Both the position numbers and the translations under genes were made by a program. Under the pieces are notes generated by a model, which worked only from the letters and a program-made list of their open reading frames with translations, ran no database searches and was not told the origin of the DNA. Source: Sarea resinae (taxonomy: Eukaryota). From it: a DNA stretch of 64,000 bases. Below, piece by piece: positions 47,201 through 58,021 of the stretch (positions within the stretch are counted from its first letter, which is position 1; each line of letters begins with the position of its first letter). Location: NCBI GenBank assembly GCA_026026165.1, contig JAPEUD010000049.1, positions 1 to 64,000 on the forward strand, read 5' to 3'.

Positions 47201-48421
47201 CCAACTGCATTGTTCGTGGGGAGTGGATTAGCTGCGAAGTACGGCATTCTCGTCAAGGGTGGCGGCGAAGCATTTCAAGAAGCTAGTAAGCTTGACGCGG
47301 TGGTTTTCGACAAGACGGGCACATTGACTGAGGGGCTGGGAGTGAAGGTTACGGATGAAGAAATCCTGGTCGAAGCAGAAGACGCGAAAGTTGTCTGGGC
47401 CATTGCAAGATCTTTGGAGGAATCTTCTGGTCATCCGATCGCCCAGGCTGTCGTCGACTATTGTGAGACAAAAGAGAAAGTTATTATTGATTCGGCAGAT
47501 ATCGAAGAGATTCCAGGATGTGGCCTTCGGGGTAGCTTTCAGCTCAACAACGTCCAGTACGAGGGGTATATCGGCAACGAGCCGTTCATCAACCGTCTCT
47601 CTGGAATCGAAACGGAAACCAATTACTGGGCCACCTCTCGTTTATCAGCGTGGAAGTCCCAGGGCAAATCTGTTGTGCTCGTGGCCATCCGCAAGCAAGA
47701 CTCGAGCGCCATCCGTGATGACACACCCTTCACCCTTTCCGCCATTCTCGCTACCGCAGACCCCCTACGTCCCTCGGCTACCCCTGTCATTCGCCGTCTA
47801 CAGCAAATGGGCATAGCCGTCTATCTGCTCAGCGGCGACAATGTCACCACCGCCACGGCCGTTGGCTCCAGCGTGGGCATCAAGCCCGAGAACGTCATCG
47901 CGGGAGTGCTACCACACGAGAAAGCCGAAGTTATCCGTCAACTCCAACGAGGCAGCCTCAACCTATCCAGGGCCCCTTCAGTTCCAGGGTCGGAAATGCA
48001 TACACAAACCAAGACCGTAGCCATGGTCGGCGATGGCATCAACGACGCCCCCGCCCTAGCCGCTGCTACCATCTCCATAGCCATAGGCTCGGGCTCCGAC
48101 ATTGCTCTCTCCAGCGCTTCCTTTATTCTTCTCACCTCCAATCTCTCTTCCCTCCTTACGCTCCTAAGTCTCTCCCGCACCGTCTTCCGCCGGGTCAAAT
48201 TCAACTTCGCTTGGGCGCTGCTGTACAACACCCTGATGATTCCGTTGGCTGCTGGGGTTATCTATCCTGCACGAGGCCATCCCAAGGTCGGCCCGGTTTG
48301 GGCTAGTCTGGCTATGGCGGCTAGTAGTGTTAGTGTTGTGGCGAGTAGTCTTGCGCTGAGGATCAAATGGAGGGGAATAGGGTTCAGGGAGGAGAAAGTG
48401 GGGACAGAGGAGGGAGCGTGA
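44216..48421 (+). CDS. Copper-transporting P1B-type ATPase with five N-terminal CxxC heavy-metal-associated motifs, intronless
   Basis: HCASC, GMTCSSC twice, GMTCASC and GMFCQHC; TGES, transmembrane CPC, DKTGT, GHP, GDGINDAPAL, and YN...MAASS (P1B-1 signature). Confidence 0.96.
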   Translation: MGELKSARSWLRRPGKLPQSHGQPSEPPSQNAILRTTILVRNVHCASCIAYVGEVLNTFRSSIHHLDVNIVTHEVQIEHTSEVSAYNICRTLTDAAFEVYGASTTDAAGNRIAELDVAREESRGWLEQATDYLGHSPRLTPRGSVASESRSHPGRSQQEKRQKHIENCKACQSEEKMALDERESSSTSDDRHVSQAPTLQKHASDEKRLLGDELRQYNYSSARRDTGIPDNLVPPQESPDEKMHQGDGTSAPVIVIDSPENQAAQPRYEAVISIGGMTCSSCTGSVTDGLREFAWVKDINVNLLTNSATIIFEGAKERTDEIIGRVEDLGYDCTLQSCEALRLQDHDRKRTPSTDVPFAEVNRVTLSIGGMTCSSCTSAVTRAVQELPRIKSINVSLLTNSASITFEGPKEFVNEIVMKVDDLGYECSVDGEVKRDGQMEEGGKSKNQGDVFMATLSIKGMTCASCAGAIAQTIKELSYVRSVNIALLTNSGIVEFERRENVDAIAEKVEDLGYECKVEEIKSLDLGDLSEDPQRTTMIAVDGMFCQHCPPRLSEALRSTYGGNVTIAKPPTLKDPIMKITYTPHPPDFTVRNIISTLSSVSDPFSATVYHPPSIEERSRAVQLHEQHRLLIRLVLSIVFAIPTFLVGVVWMDLVSSSNSVRKFFDKPIWSGSVTRSQWALFILATPVMFFAADVFHIRAIKEIRALWRPGSKVPILRRFYRFGSMNLLMSAGTSVAYFSSLAILIVGATTSGNKRVSTSTYFDSVVFLTMFILMGRFLEAYSKAKTGDAVGLLGKLRPSEALLVSSNSRTGSSESQDTAKNPSSTTIQTIPVDLLEVSDRVLVPHGTSPPADGIVVIGQTQFNESSLTGESRPVPKPIGEKVFAGSINIGNPVTVKVTEIGGTSMLDQIVAVVREGQTKRAPVERVADVLTGYFVPVITLLAILTFVIWLALGQSGTLPRDYLDVDTGGWAFWALEFAIAVFVVACPCGIGLAAPTALFVGSGLAAKYGILVKGGGEAFQEASKLDAVVFDKTGTLTEGLGVKVTDEEILVEAEDAKVVWAIARSLEESSGHPIAQAVVDYCETKEKVIIDSADIEEIPGCGLRGSFQLNNVQYEGYIGNEPFINRLSGIETETNYWATSRLSAWKSQGKSVVLVAIRKQDSSAIRDDTPFTLSAILATADPLRPSATPVIRRLQQMGIAVYLLSGDNVTTATAVGSSVGIKPENVIAGVLPHEKAEVIRQLQRGSLNLSRAPSVPGSEMHTQTKTVAMVGDGINDAPALAAATISIAIGSGSDIALSSASFILLTSNLSSLLTLLSLSRTVFRRVKFNFAWALLYNTLMIPLAAGVIYPARGHPKVGPVWASLAMAASSVSVVASSLALRIKWRGIGFREEKVGTEEGA

Positions 48422-48719
48422 GCGTGAGCGTGAGCCTGGGGAGGCGAGGTGGGCTGGGCTCCCTACTCATCATGACCTTGACGTTTCAGAGGCGGGATTT
48501 GATGACTTGACACGAAATGCTATGACATGACATGAATAGGCGTTAGTGATATCCACAGTTTCAATCCAATAGATCTTCATCAAATTAGCCTATCATCGAG
48601 TCTGAGGCGGCTGTCATCAATATCGTTACTGGGTACACGCGCCAAGCCAGATTCCGTAGGCAGTCTTAAATTCTGCTTTCAATCTTCATTCACCGGCTAG
48701 CTATCCACTGTCGGCATTC

Positions 48720-51020
48720 ACTGCACGCCCAGAAACAAAGCTCAGATTGAAAGTGAATCCGGAATTATTTTAGATAGCTAATGCTTTGTTCTTCCAGTCC
48801 TATTTCTAGACATTGCTTAAGCTTAATTACAGCTTAGGAAAAAAAACCAATCGAGAGAAACTTTTTCACAACTTTTTCACTGTTATGCAGGCTTCCCTTC
48901 ATTATAGCGCGATAGCGGAATTGGCAAGGAACTTTGAGTTCCTTTAACAATATAAGATCCTTGGGACTGGACTTGAGAGCGATTCTAGAGGGCACAATAT
49001 TAGCTCAACTAAAATCAATCCACTTGTAGTTAAGACCTAAGTGATAGGAAAGCTTTATATAGTTAATGCTTCTATATATATCTTTGCTTTTAGCGTCTAG
49101 CTTCTTACTAGGCTATGTACGTCCTCTATCTCTTATTTTATTATTACTACTAGCTTACTATATTTCTATACTTCTCCTCTATTAAACACCTTACTTACTA
49201 GTGCTATTAACTCTAGGACATGATACTAAGTATATTGTTATAACTATATCTAGCCTATAGCTAACTCTACTAAGAGCTTTATAGTCTACCTAAGGTATAT
49301 AAAGTCTACTATTTATTCTATAAGAATAGTAACATATAGGACTTAGATCAATAAGTATCTAAAGAATGTTCTAGGTGTAGAGGCTACTAAGCTAGGAAAC
49401 AGCTCTAGCTACCTAAACGCTCTACGCCTAGGCACTGCCTAGGACTATACACATTTACCCAGAACTTAAGACAGGCCAGCCTTCGCCACAGGTCAAGTCC
49501 GACGGTCGCTTGGCCATACACATCAAGCGTTCAAGAGCGGCATCATAGAAACATATGTCGGGGACACCGTGCAGGAGTATTACAACGATCGTGCCAAGCA
49601 GCAGTACGAGACTGTGGAAAATACGGGCCCCGTCGCACTTCGCCAGTTCTACCATTGTAATCTTCATCTTCACGAAACGCTGGTCGCTTGCAGTCAGTGT
49701 CGAGACTTCCAACGATGGCGCCACCATTCGCGTCAAGACAGCCGAGAGCCGTGCCAAAGATTCGTCGAACAGGATCCTGGCGGTCCTTAACGAGCACCCA
49801 TGGGGCCCAAAGTCCAAGATAAAGGAAGAAGTTAAAGAAGAGGCCTCTAGATATAGACAAGGTAAAACGACTTAGTTGCACAGCTAAGAAAAGATTACTA
49901 GGAGGTAGATGATAACAGGTATAAAGAAGACGATTTCGTTAAGGCAGATAGAGATATAGAACAGCTAGCTGATTATATCCTCGAAGAGTAAATCAAAAGG
50001 AGAGCTACTTAGTGTAACGCCTACTTTTCCTATGTATATTTTACTGATTAGGTCTACTAAGAAGCTTTAATCATTTAAGGTGCAAGCACTCTACCTCTAC
50101 TAAGAGAATTACCTGCTATATCAAGATACTAAAGCTTAAGCAGGAGGTAAGCTAGCCTAAGATGAAGAAACACGAGAAGGGAGAAAAACTCAATCGTACC
50201 GCCAAAAAGGACTATAAGCAGTTGAATGATGACAAGTATGATGAATATAATAGATTTGTGGTGTCAGATGGCCGTTTATCGAAAGCTTCAAAGACTTAGC
50301 AATGACTAAAGAACGACGAGTCGTCAGACGGAATCTCAATAAAATATATCTTTAATATTTACTGGCAAGTCATTACTGCCGGTAGAGGCCCTTTCCACAC
50401 ATTCGCGCCTCTCCCGCCGCTACTGCCGAGGGTCAGGAGCGCTCCACGCCACCACTACCTAGATGCTTTTCTATGATATCGCTTCTTACTCACCGAGTCG
50501 TCTGGGATTTGAGCCTCGAAACTGCCGATGACCGGCAAGTTTTTATAGAAGGCCTTGTCAAATCGCGTCGTCTGTTAAATCCATCTGACTGGGTAGTCTC
50601 TGTGGTCCCTACTTTATAAGAAGCAGCGACTCTAAAGCCACACTCACCGCAGGTCGCCATCTTTGCAGTGCCCTTGCCCGGTTTCATTCTATCTAAATTG
50701 CATCTTCTGTTTCAAAGCCTCTCAATCAACGGCTGATGACCAATGACTCGCACTCGACGGTCAGAAGTTGCGATTCCCTGCAGTGCCCGCACGCAGCTTT
50801 GTTATATCTAAACTGTGTATTCGCTTCAAACTCTCAGTAACCAGCAGCTCTTAAGGAATAAAGCACTCTAAATGACTATTTTCTGCAAGCTATATGAACA
50901 CTACACTCAGGTCAAGGTAACGAATTCTACTATACTTAAGTTCTTTAATTCTAAGAGAATAGCTACTATAAAAGAGGTATTTTAACTAGGTTATTAATTC
51001 TAGACTAGATAAGCTCTTTA
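48720..51020 (+). mobile_element. Degenerate RIP-mutated element containing a tyrosine-recombinase-like pseudo-ORF (boundaries approximate)
   Basis: Extreme TpA enrichment at 49000-49450, 49850-50170 and 50850-51020. Frame +3 reads ALRLGTA*D...VRRSLGH...ETYVG with TAG/TAA stops. Confidence 0.7.
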
Positions 51021-52206
51021 GGGGGGTTTTTCATTGTCATGCGCAATGCAGGATAGATGCCCGGTCGATCTATCTCGATAAGGCCTTTGACCAAGTGCCA
51101 TGGACTCGCCTGCTTTGCGATCGCCGGTGTCGAACAACCTGCTCCGCCCTAATTACCTTCTCAGCGGTCGATGATGGAAGAGCACGGGAGACAAGTGGAA
51201 GATAACAACACCGATCCGGAACCTATCTGCCGACAAAGGGGACAATAACACTTTTGAGTTGTCTTCTAAAGCAAAATCCTACCAGAAGTATCACGAAGAG
51301 TAGCCGCTATTCTATAATCAACCTTCTAGAAAGAGGGACCCAAGACGTCCCACGGTTCATTGTCGTTGTACAGAGGCATTCCAGCAATTTTAGGACTCGG
51401 GGGCGGCTGGCCGCCGAGGCCATAGCGAGAGCAGCAGCTCTGCCAAACGTTGGTCCGATCAAGATATGCTAGCCCCCTGCCTGAACCAAAGCGTGTGCGT
51501 TGCTCGTCGAGACTATGTTCAGCCCGAGCTATATATACTGTGGGCCGCGATACCGAGGACAATCAAGACGTTATAGGACAACTTCTATGTGGCAGGGTAG
51601 ATTTGGTTTCATATTTAGTTAACAGGGATGGGTCACGGGTTTGCAGTCACAGGTCACTTGAGTCCCTATGGCGGTGGTATAGTTTAGGGAGAGGCATTGA
51701 TTTTCTAGAGTATCTTTTCCTTTTCACCAATACCAAATTGACAGAAGAGATACATAGATGGAAGTGGATGCATAGTCAGTAAGACTAGCCACATGAAGGC
51801 ATTGGCCATTCATTCTTTGTAATGTCCAGCATAGCATACCTCGAAGACGTAGGTAGCAAACGATAAGGATACTGGGAAATTCTAAGAGCATTCTTTGACT
51901 AGTACGATGTCGCAGCCAGCAAGTTCGTCAGCCTTAGGCTTTGACGAAGCGTGATATCTTCAGTTTCGAACGAACGCTTTGTCAGCCAGTCAGCCAGACA
52001 TCCATATCCATCCAGCCAGTTGCTGCTCAAGCAAAAAACCATCCGACCATTCCATCCGCGATGAGAACTCCCCCGCCAGCCAACCAGGGCCTGAAAACTC
52101 CAGAAAACTCCAAGAAAACTCCGTGTACCGTGTGCCGTGTAGCGTGAAAGCGAAATGCGAGTGAAGAAAAAAGTCATGTCATCAAGACAGTCATACGCTC
52201 ATCAAA

Positions 52207-54492
52207 TCAATCATATTCTTCTCCCTCGTACTCGTCATCGACGACATCGCCAAGAGCCTCGCCCGTCATGTCATCCACGGCGTCATCGACCTCATCATCG
52301 TCATCTTCGTCTTCGTCTTCTTCCTCTTCTTCGACACCAGCTTTAGCTCCCACAGGACCAGGCGTGCTTTCCTTTCTCTGATCCGCCGAATTGAGCACCT
52401 CTTCATCTTCCTCTCCACCAGCCGTCGCACCAGCACCGGCGGGACTCGGCGCCGTACTGCCTGCAATACTTCCTTCGCTGCTTGCCGATTTCTTGGCTTC
52501 TTTATCTCCGTACAGGCCATCCAGAACCGCATAGTTGATCTTTTTGCTGTAGGCACGGCGCTGAAGCATACTCTTCATTGCTTCTACCGGCGTACTGGCT
52601 GCGCTGTCCGCACGAGACATGTCGCCCATGCGCCCCTTCCTCTTTCGCCTCTTCACCACCTTCTTGCCAGCACCCTCACCTCCTTCGGCCTCTTCGCGAC
52701 GTTGCCGGAGCATTTTCGCCTGTTGAGCGCGTAAGTAATCTCGATTCTCGTGCACCCAGATTCGCTCCTTGATAGCAATTTCGGCCGGGGAGAGAAGACA
52801 GTTAGCAACTTCCGGATCATCTGCGAACTCATCTTCCGGGATGACCTCAGTGTCAGGAACCGGGCCATCCTTTGCACGTGCACCTCCTGCTGACGTTTGG
52901 GACTGAGATTGGCGCTGAGAGGCGGCGAGAGCGGCAGCGCGTGTAAGAGAGGCTGAGTACGCGGCGGCGTGTTCTTGCGTTGTCGGATCCGAGAGGAGGT
53001 TGGAGATTTCAGATTCAAGTTCGTTCTCCACCGCAATGTCGGCGGCGGTAATGGGCGGGGGTTGGGCGCGAGGGGAGGAGGCACGTGGTCTGCCACGCTT
53101 TTGCTTTTTGGGGGCCGGTTGGTCTTCGGAAGTGTTCTCAGGGTCCGGTGTGGTTTCTTCGGGGGTATTCTCTTTAGACGACGCGTTTAGTTCGGTAAGG
53201 GCGGTGGATGTTGCAGCGAGTAGACTTGGGTCTATGGGTATTGAGGGGATGGCGAAGCCGTCTGCATCGCGGCGGACGGGAAGCGGCTCCTGGCCCGCTG
53301 TACCAGCAGTGGGTTCACGAGATTGCTCCCTCTCGGATTGATCATTCGCTGGAGGGGCACTATCCTCTCTATTCTCCTGCCGCTTACGTTTCTTTGACTT
53401 CCCTACTCGTTGTTCGTAAAAGGCTGGCGGGTCATGCCTCTTTTCGAGATCGATTGTTCGAAATTCGTTGACGGTCAACCCGCTACTGGCTGTGACTTTG
53501 AACTCCTCAAGACGTTTATTGATGGTCAAATCAGTCACCTTGACAACATAGACAACCTCTCGTACCGTCCGGCGGAAGTTATTCATCCGGGCTGCTAGGA
53601 TGAGACAGGCGCCGCAGATACCCGCTGGTCGACGGCCGGTCACCATCCAATCACGATTCATTCGTTGGACGATCCGGGTGGCATCTTGGGCCACTTTCAT
53701 CGTCATATTCCCGAATTCAAGCTTTCGGGCAAATCGGTAGACCAGATCTTCAGGCTCAACGGCATTGACGTCCACTTGTTTGTATTCGAGGTCTTTCAAT
53801 AAAGCTTTGTAGATCTGTCCCAGCTTGAATACATTGACCTGTCTTGCATAAGCAAATAGTCACAATTGATCGAGCGTCGAAGACTTACGTGTATGACATC
53901 GGCAAAATCCATCAGCATGAAATGATTCGGTTTCTGTCTTCGACAGGCGATATAGATGCAAATAGCGGCGACATGTCTCGTGATGCGACCTTGGATGAAA
54001 TTGTTGCCGGCAGCGAGCTTGAAGACCTGAAAGGCTTGGTCCTGGGTCGACTGCGGGATTTGAAGAGCAGCACATAAGTTGTGGATCTCACCTCGTCCTA
54101 TGACATCTTAGCTTGCGATCAATTCAATCGATTTCATACCCACCATTTGACTCGGTAATCTCTCGACTATCCATGCCCCCAGCTCTCTTGAAAGCACTTC
54201 CCATACTCCTCGCATGACTCTGATCGGCACCGACATAGCTACCCTGAACCACGGCCGCACCGGAAGAAGACTCGCCGAACTGGACTTCTGAAACAATATT
54301 CGAGTCGCTGACGACCGTACCACAGTTCACACAGACGCGTTTGTCATCGATATCTTCAAGTTTCGGGTCGGTACATGATGGGTTCGGACAGGCGTTGCGA
54401 GAGCGGGCCTTTTGCTGCAGTCGACGGTTGGGGGGATGCGTCTTGAGGCTTGCCAGCCGCTGCACCGGCTTAGCGATGCGAGCGGTGGACAT
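52207..54492 (-). CDS. BRF1: TFIIIB subunit Brf1, 3 exons
   Basis: CPNPSC...CVNCG Zn ribbon, IVSEVQFGE, NFIQGR, DWMVTGRRPAGICGACLILAARMNNFRR, DPPAF, KERIWVHEN and SKKINY. Confidence 0.96.
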
Positions 54493-54964
54493 GATGATGG
54501 TGTCTTTCTTTGATGTTGTTATGGCCACTCTCAAGGTAGAGTCAGCGTTGAGGATGTGAGAAGGTGAGGATGTGATGAGAGGATGCGCAAGGCTGGTGCT
54601 GCAAATCTTTGTGGGCGAGGGCGTGTGGTGGGGGCGGGTGGTGCAAGCGGTGGAAGAGTCGATCGCTTAGCGGATGAAGAAGCGACGATGGTGAGTCGTA
54701 GTGAGTGAGGATTGAAGGCTCTCTGTTCGAATCCGGCCGTGTTAGCAATTCAGCACCAGTTCATCGCCAATTCATCACCAATTCATCAGAACCTAGCCAT
54801 CCCTCACCCGTCCCTGAACAATTTTCCATCATAAGTTCATCGATGACCACAAAACAAATAAGTCAGAGCGAAGGCATCTAAGAGACAACAGAGAGACCGG
54901 GCTTCATGATCAAATCGACTGCTCATGCTCGTCGATAGCAAGCAATTTAGTCTTATCAAAAAGT

Positions 54965-55001
54965 CACGTGGCTAACGTGTCTCGGTCGCGAATATACGCG
55001 T
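54965..55001. promoter_or_regulatory. Candidate E-box (CACGTG), SCB-like (CGCGAA) and MCB (ACGCGT) sites in the divergent BRF1/MUS81 promoter
   Basis: GTCACGTGG...TCGCGAATATACGCGTC lies 100-135 bp upstream of the MUS81 ATG. Confidence 0.45.
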
Positions 55002-55099
55002 CAACCACAGAACAGCCGGCCTCGGCCATGACGATGCTTACACGGCAATGTGACCACTACCACCTAGACACCATCCAGAGAGAGTAACATCTTGCCAAC

Positions 55100-57334
55100 A
55101 TGGCTGCGGATTGTGCTAACCCTCTTCTCCTCGAATGGCTGGGCGAATGGATGGAGACGGCCCGACAACGCAATTCCAAGGGCGTCACTACGTAAGACAC
55201 GGAAACCTCTGTTGATCTTCATCTTACCCATATCCAGATATAAGAAAGCTTATGACTCGATGAAAGCGTGTCCGCTGACCTTCAGCCATCCCTCCGAAGC
55301 CCAGCAACTTCATGGTGTGGGCCCGAAGCTTTGTGAGCGCTTGGCGGAGAAGCTGAAAGCTCACTGTGCGGAAAATGGTCTTCCCATGCCAGAACCACCG
55401 GCCAAGGCACGAGGTATACAAATTGTAATTTCTTCCGTTGATGTTACTAACTTTCTAGGTCGAAAGCATGGCAGCGATGAAGATGGTACTGCAGGGCCGG
55501 CGAAAAAGACTCGGAAACCGAAGCCTTACGTGCCGACTCTTCGTTCGGGGGCATATGCTTTGATCATCGCATTATCTTCGATCGACGAAAACTCACCGCA
55601 AGGCCTTACAAAACCTCAGACTATTGAGCTCGCACAGCCTCATTGTGATTCATCTTTTACTGCACCAAGTGATCCGACGAAGTTCTATACGGCTTGGAAC
55701 TCGATGAAGACGCTACTGGACAAGGACCTGGTGTACGAGAGAGGCCGACCATTGCGAAAGTATGCCTTGACCGAGGATGGATGGGATGTTTCGAAGAGGA
55801 TCAAGGCCACTGCCACGGGAAGCACGAGTACCGATAGACTTACTAAGTCCAAACGTCAGGTCAGTGATAAAACATTGTCGCAAGCGTTATTTCATTCAAG
55901 ACATGCATCAATCAATTCTTTCTTACAGTTCCATCTCTAATACATGTACTAATAGCCTACAGCCTCTACAGTCACAAGCGCAGGACAGTATCTCAGCGAC
56001 TGCTTCTGGTGCATCAGCCGCGCGTCAAAAATTTCCCCCACCAAACCCCAAGCTCTACAGTATTCCAAAACCAATTCCAATTGATGATACTTTTCGAGCC
56101 ATTGACGACTTTGACGAAGCCTTTACTCCAGAACCTCAGAGGAGAGGAGGGGACGATGAATTTGCCGCTATATTCTCAGACCCACCGGAACCCTTGCCGG
56201 GAGGAAATGCCACCCAACAACCAACACTTAACGCTACCAACACTCATAGAACGACTGTGCCAGCTATCGATAAATTTCCTCCAGACTTCCGGCCCATAAT
56301 CTTACCACCATCATCTTTCAGTGTACAGCTAATTCTCGATAACCGAGAAGTACGATCTACGACAGACCGCGACTACATCAGCGAAGAGCTCATCAAGAAA
56401 GGTGTCAAACCAATAACGCGGTCTCTGGATCTCGGCGACGCTCTCTGGGTAGCTAAAGCAGACGATCCAAGCCTCCTATCTCGACATGGAGAGGAAGGTG
56501 ATGAGATAGTGCTAGATTGGATCGTCGAGCGGAAGAGACTCGACGATCTAGTCGGTAGTATCAAAGACGGTCGATTCCAAGAGCAGAAAGTAAGATATCA
56601 ATTTCACTTCTCTGCTCATTCAGATCTGACGAGCATCCCCAATTAGTTCCGACTTCGCAAATCCGGTATCAAAAACGTCGTCTACATCATCGAGGAAATA
56701 ACCCTAAGCCAAGAAACAGCGACGCGCTTCCAGGAAGCCGTCGACTCCGCCATCGCATCCACGCAGGTCGTCAACGGCTATTTTGTCAAGAAGACACAGA
56801 AGCTAGATGACACGATCCAGTACCTCGCCCGTATGACGACCATGTTGAAGACGCTCTACGAAGTACGCACCCTTCCCCCTTTCCCTGACCATCCCAGTTC
56901 CACTCATCCAGCCTAACAAACCCCAGAACAAACCCCTACACATCATCCCCACGCGCATCCTCTCTCCGCCAACCTATCTCCCTCTCCTCACCCACCTCCG
57001 CACCACGACGCCCCTCCCAACCCATCCCCACATTACCTTCCCAGCCTTCTCCTCCCTCGCCAGCAAATCCGAGTCCTTGACCCTCCGCGACGTCTTCCTG
57101 AAGATGCTGATGTGCACGCGCGGCCTGACGGGCGACAAGGCGCTCGAGGTGCAAAAGCACTGGCCCACGCCCCGGGCGTTCTCGCAAGCGTTTGGTAGAT
57201 GCAAAGACGACAAGGAGAAGAACGAGATGGTGTGGAAGGTCTGTGGTGGCTTGGTGGGGAGGCGGAAAATCGGGAAGGCGCTGAGTGGGAAGCTCGCCGA
57301 GGTTTGGGGCGGCGTGGGTGCCGCTGGCACGTGA
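55100..57334 (+). CDS. MUS81: Crossover junction endonuclease Mus81, multi-exon
   Basis: [34 protein letters not shown] winged helix, [25 protein letters not shown] (ERCC4 ERKxxxD) and C-terminal HhH. Confidence 0.96.
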
Positions 57335-58021
57335 GGCGATTCCCCTGGTCGGCTTGTTTGCTGGCCGGAGCGAATGCAGGCGTTTGTTTTCATTGGGGGC
57401 CTAGTTTGGCTGGGCTGGGTAGAGAAAGCTAAACGCGCGGGTGCTCACGGTCTCGACGATGTTTATGATGTTGCGCGGTCCCATTGCGTTGGTCATGGAA
57501 CCGTACGTCGGTATATATGCGTCCACATATGAATGTATCCTACAATCCTACAAGCATGCACGCATACATGCATGCATATATAGAGCTAGGCCCGTAATTC
57601 AGTTAGAATGGCCATTTGATACTACCTTTTCTTATCTACCACCTCCAAGCCAGACGCTTATCCACGCTCCCCTTTTCCCACCTAGCCTCTTTTCCTTTAC
57701 TTCTTCCGTGACTCCGGCCCCGCGACTCCTTCTCTCCATCCTTCTGCTCCTTGGTCCCGAATATAACTACAATCCAATATATATACAGCTAAAGAAATGA
57801 TCCCGGAAACGAGAAACGAGAAGCCAGAAACGCAAGACGCAGAATGCAAGACGCGGGGGAAAGGGGGGGAAGGTGCAGTGTTCGTCGATAAAAGGGGTAG
57901 ATGTAGGGTAATAGATGAACTATGATATAGCCGCAGAAGCCTGCAGGCGACGAGCATTGAGCAGTGGGGAACGGGCAGCGAGCAACGGGCGGGGATCCAG
58001 GCCATTGTCACTTAGGCCGCA

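Noticed and set aside
40400..51020. Starship-like metal-resistance element carrying the Cu-ATPase
   Set aside because: The YR-like relic lies downstream of the ATPase and points away from it, the neighbours look like core genes, and I found no terminal repeats or target-site duplication.
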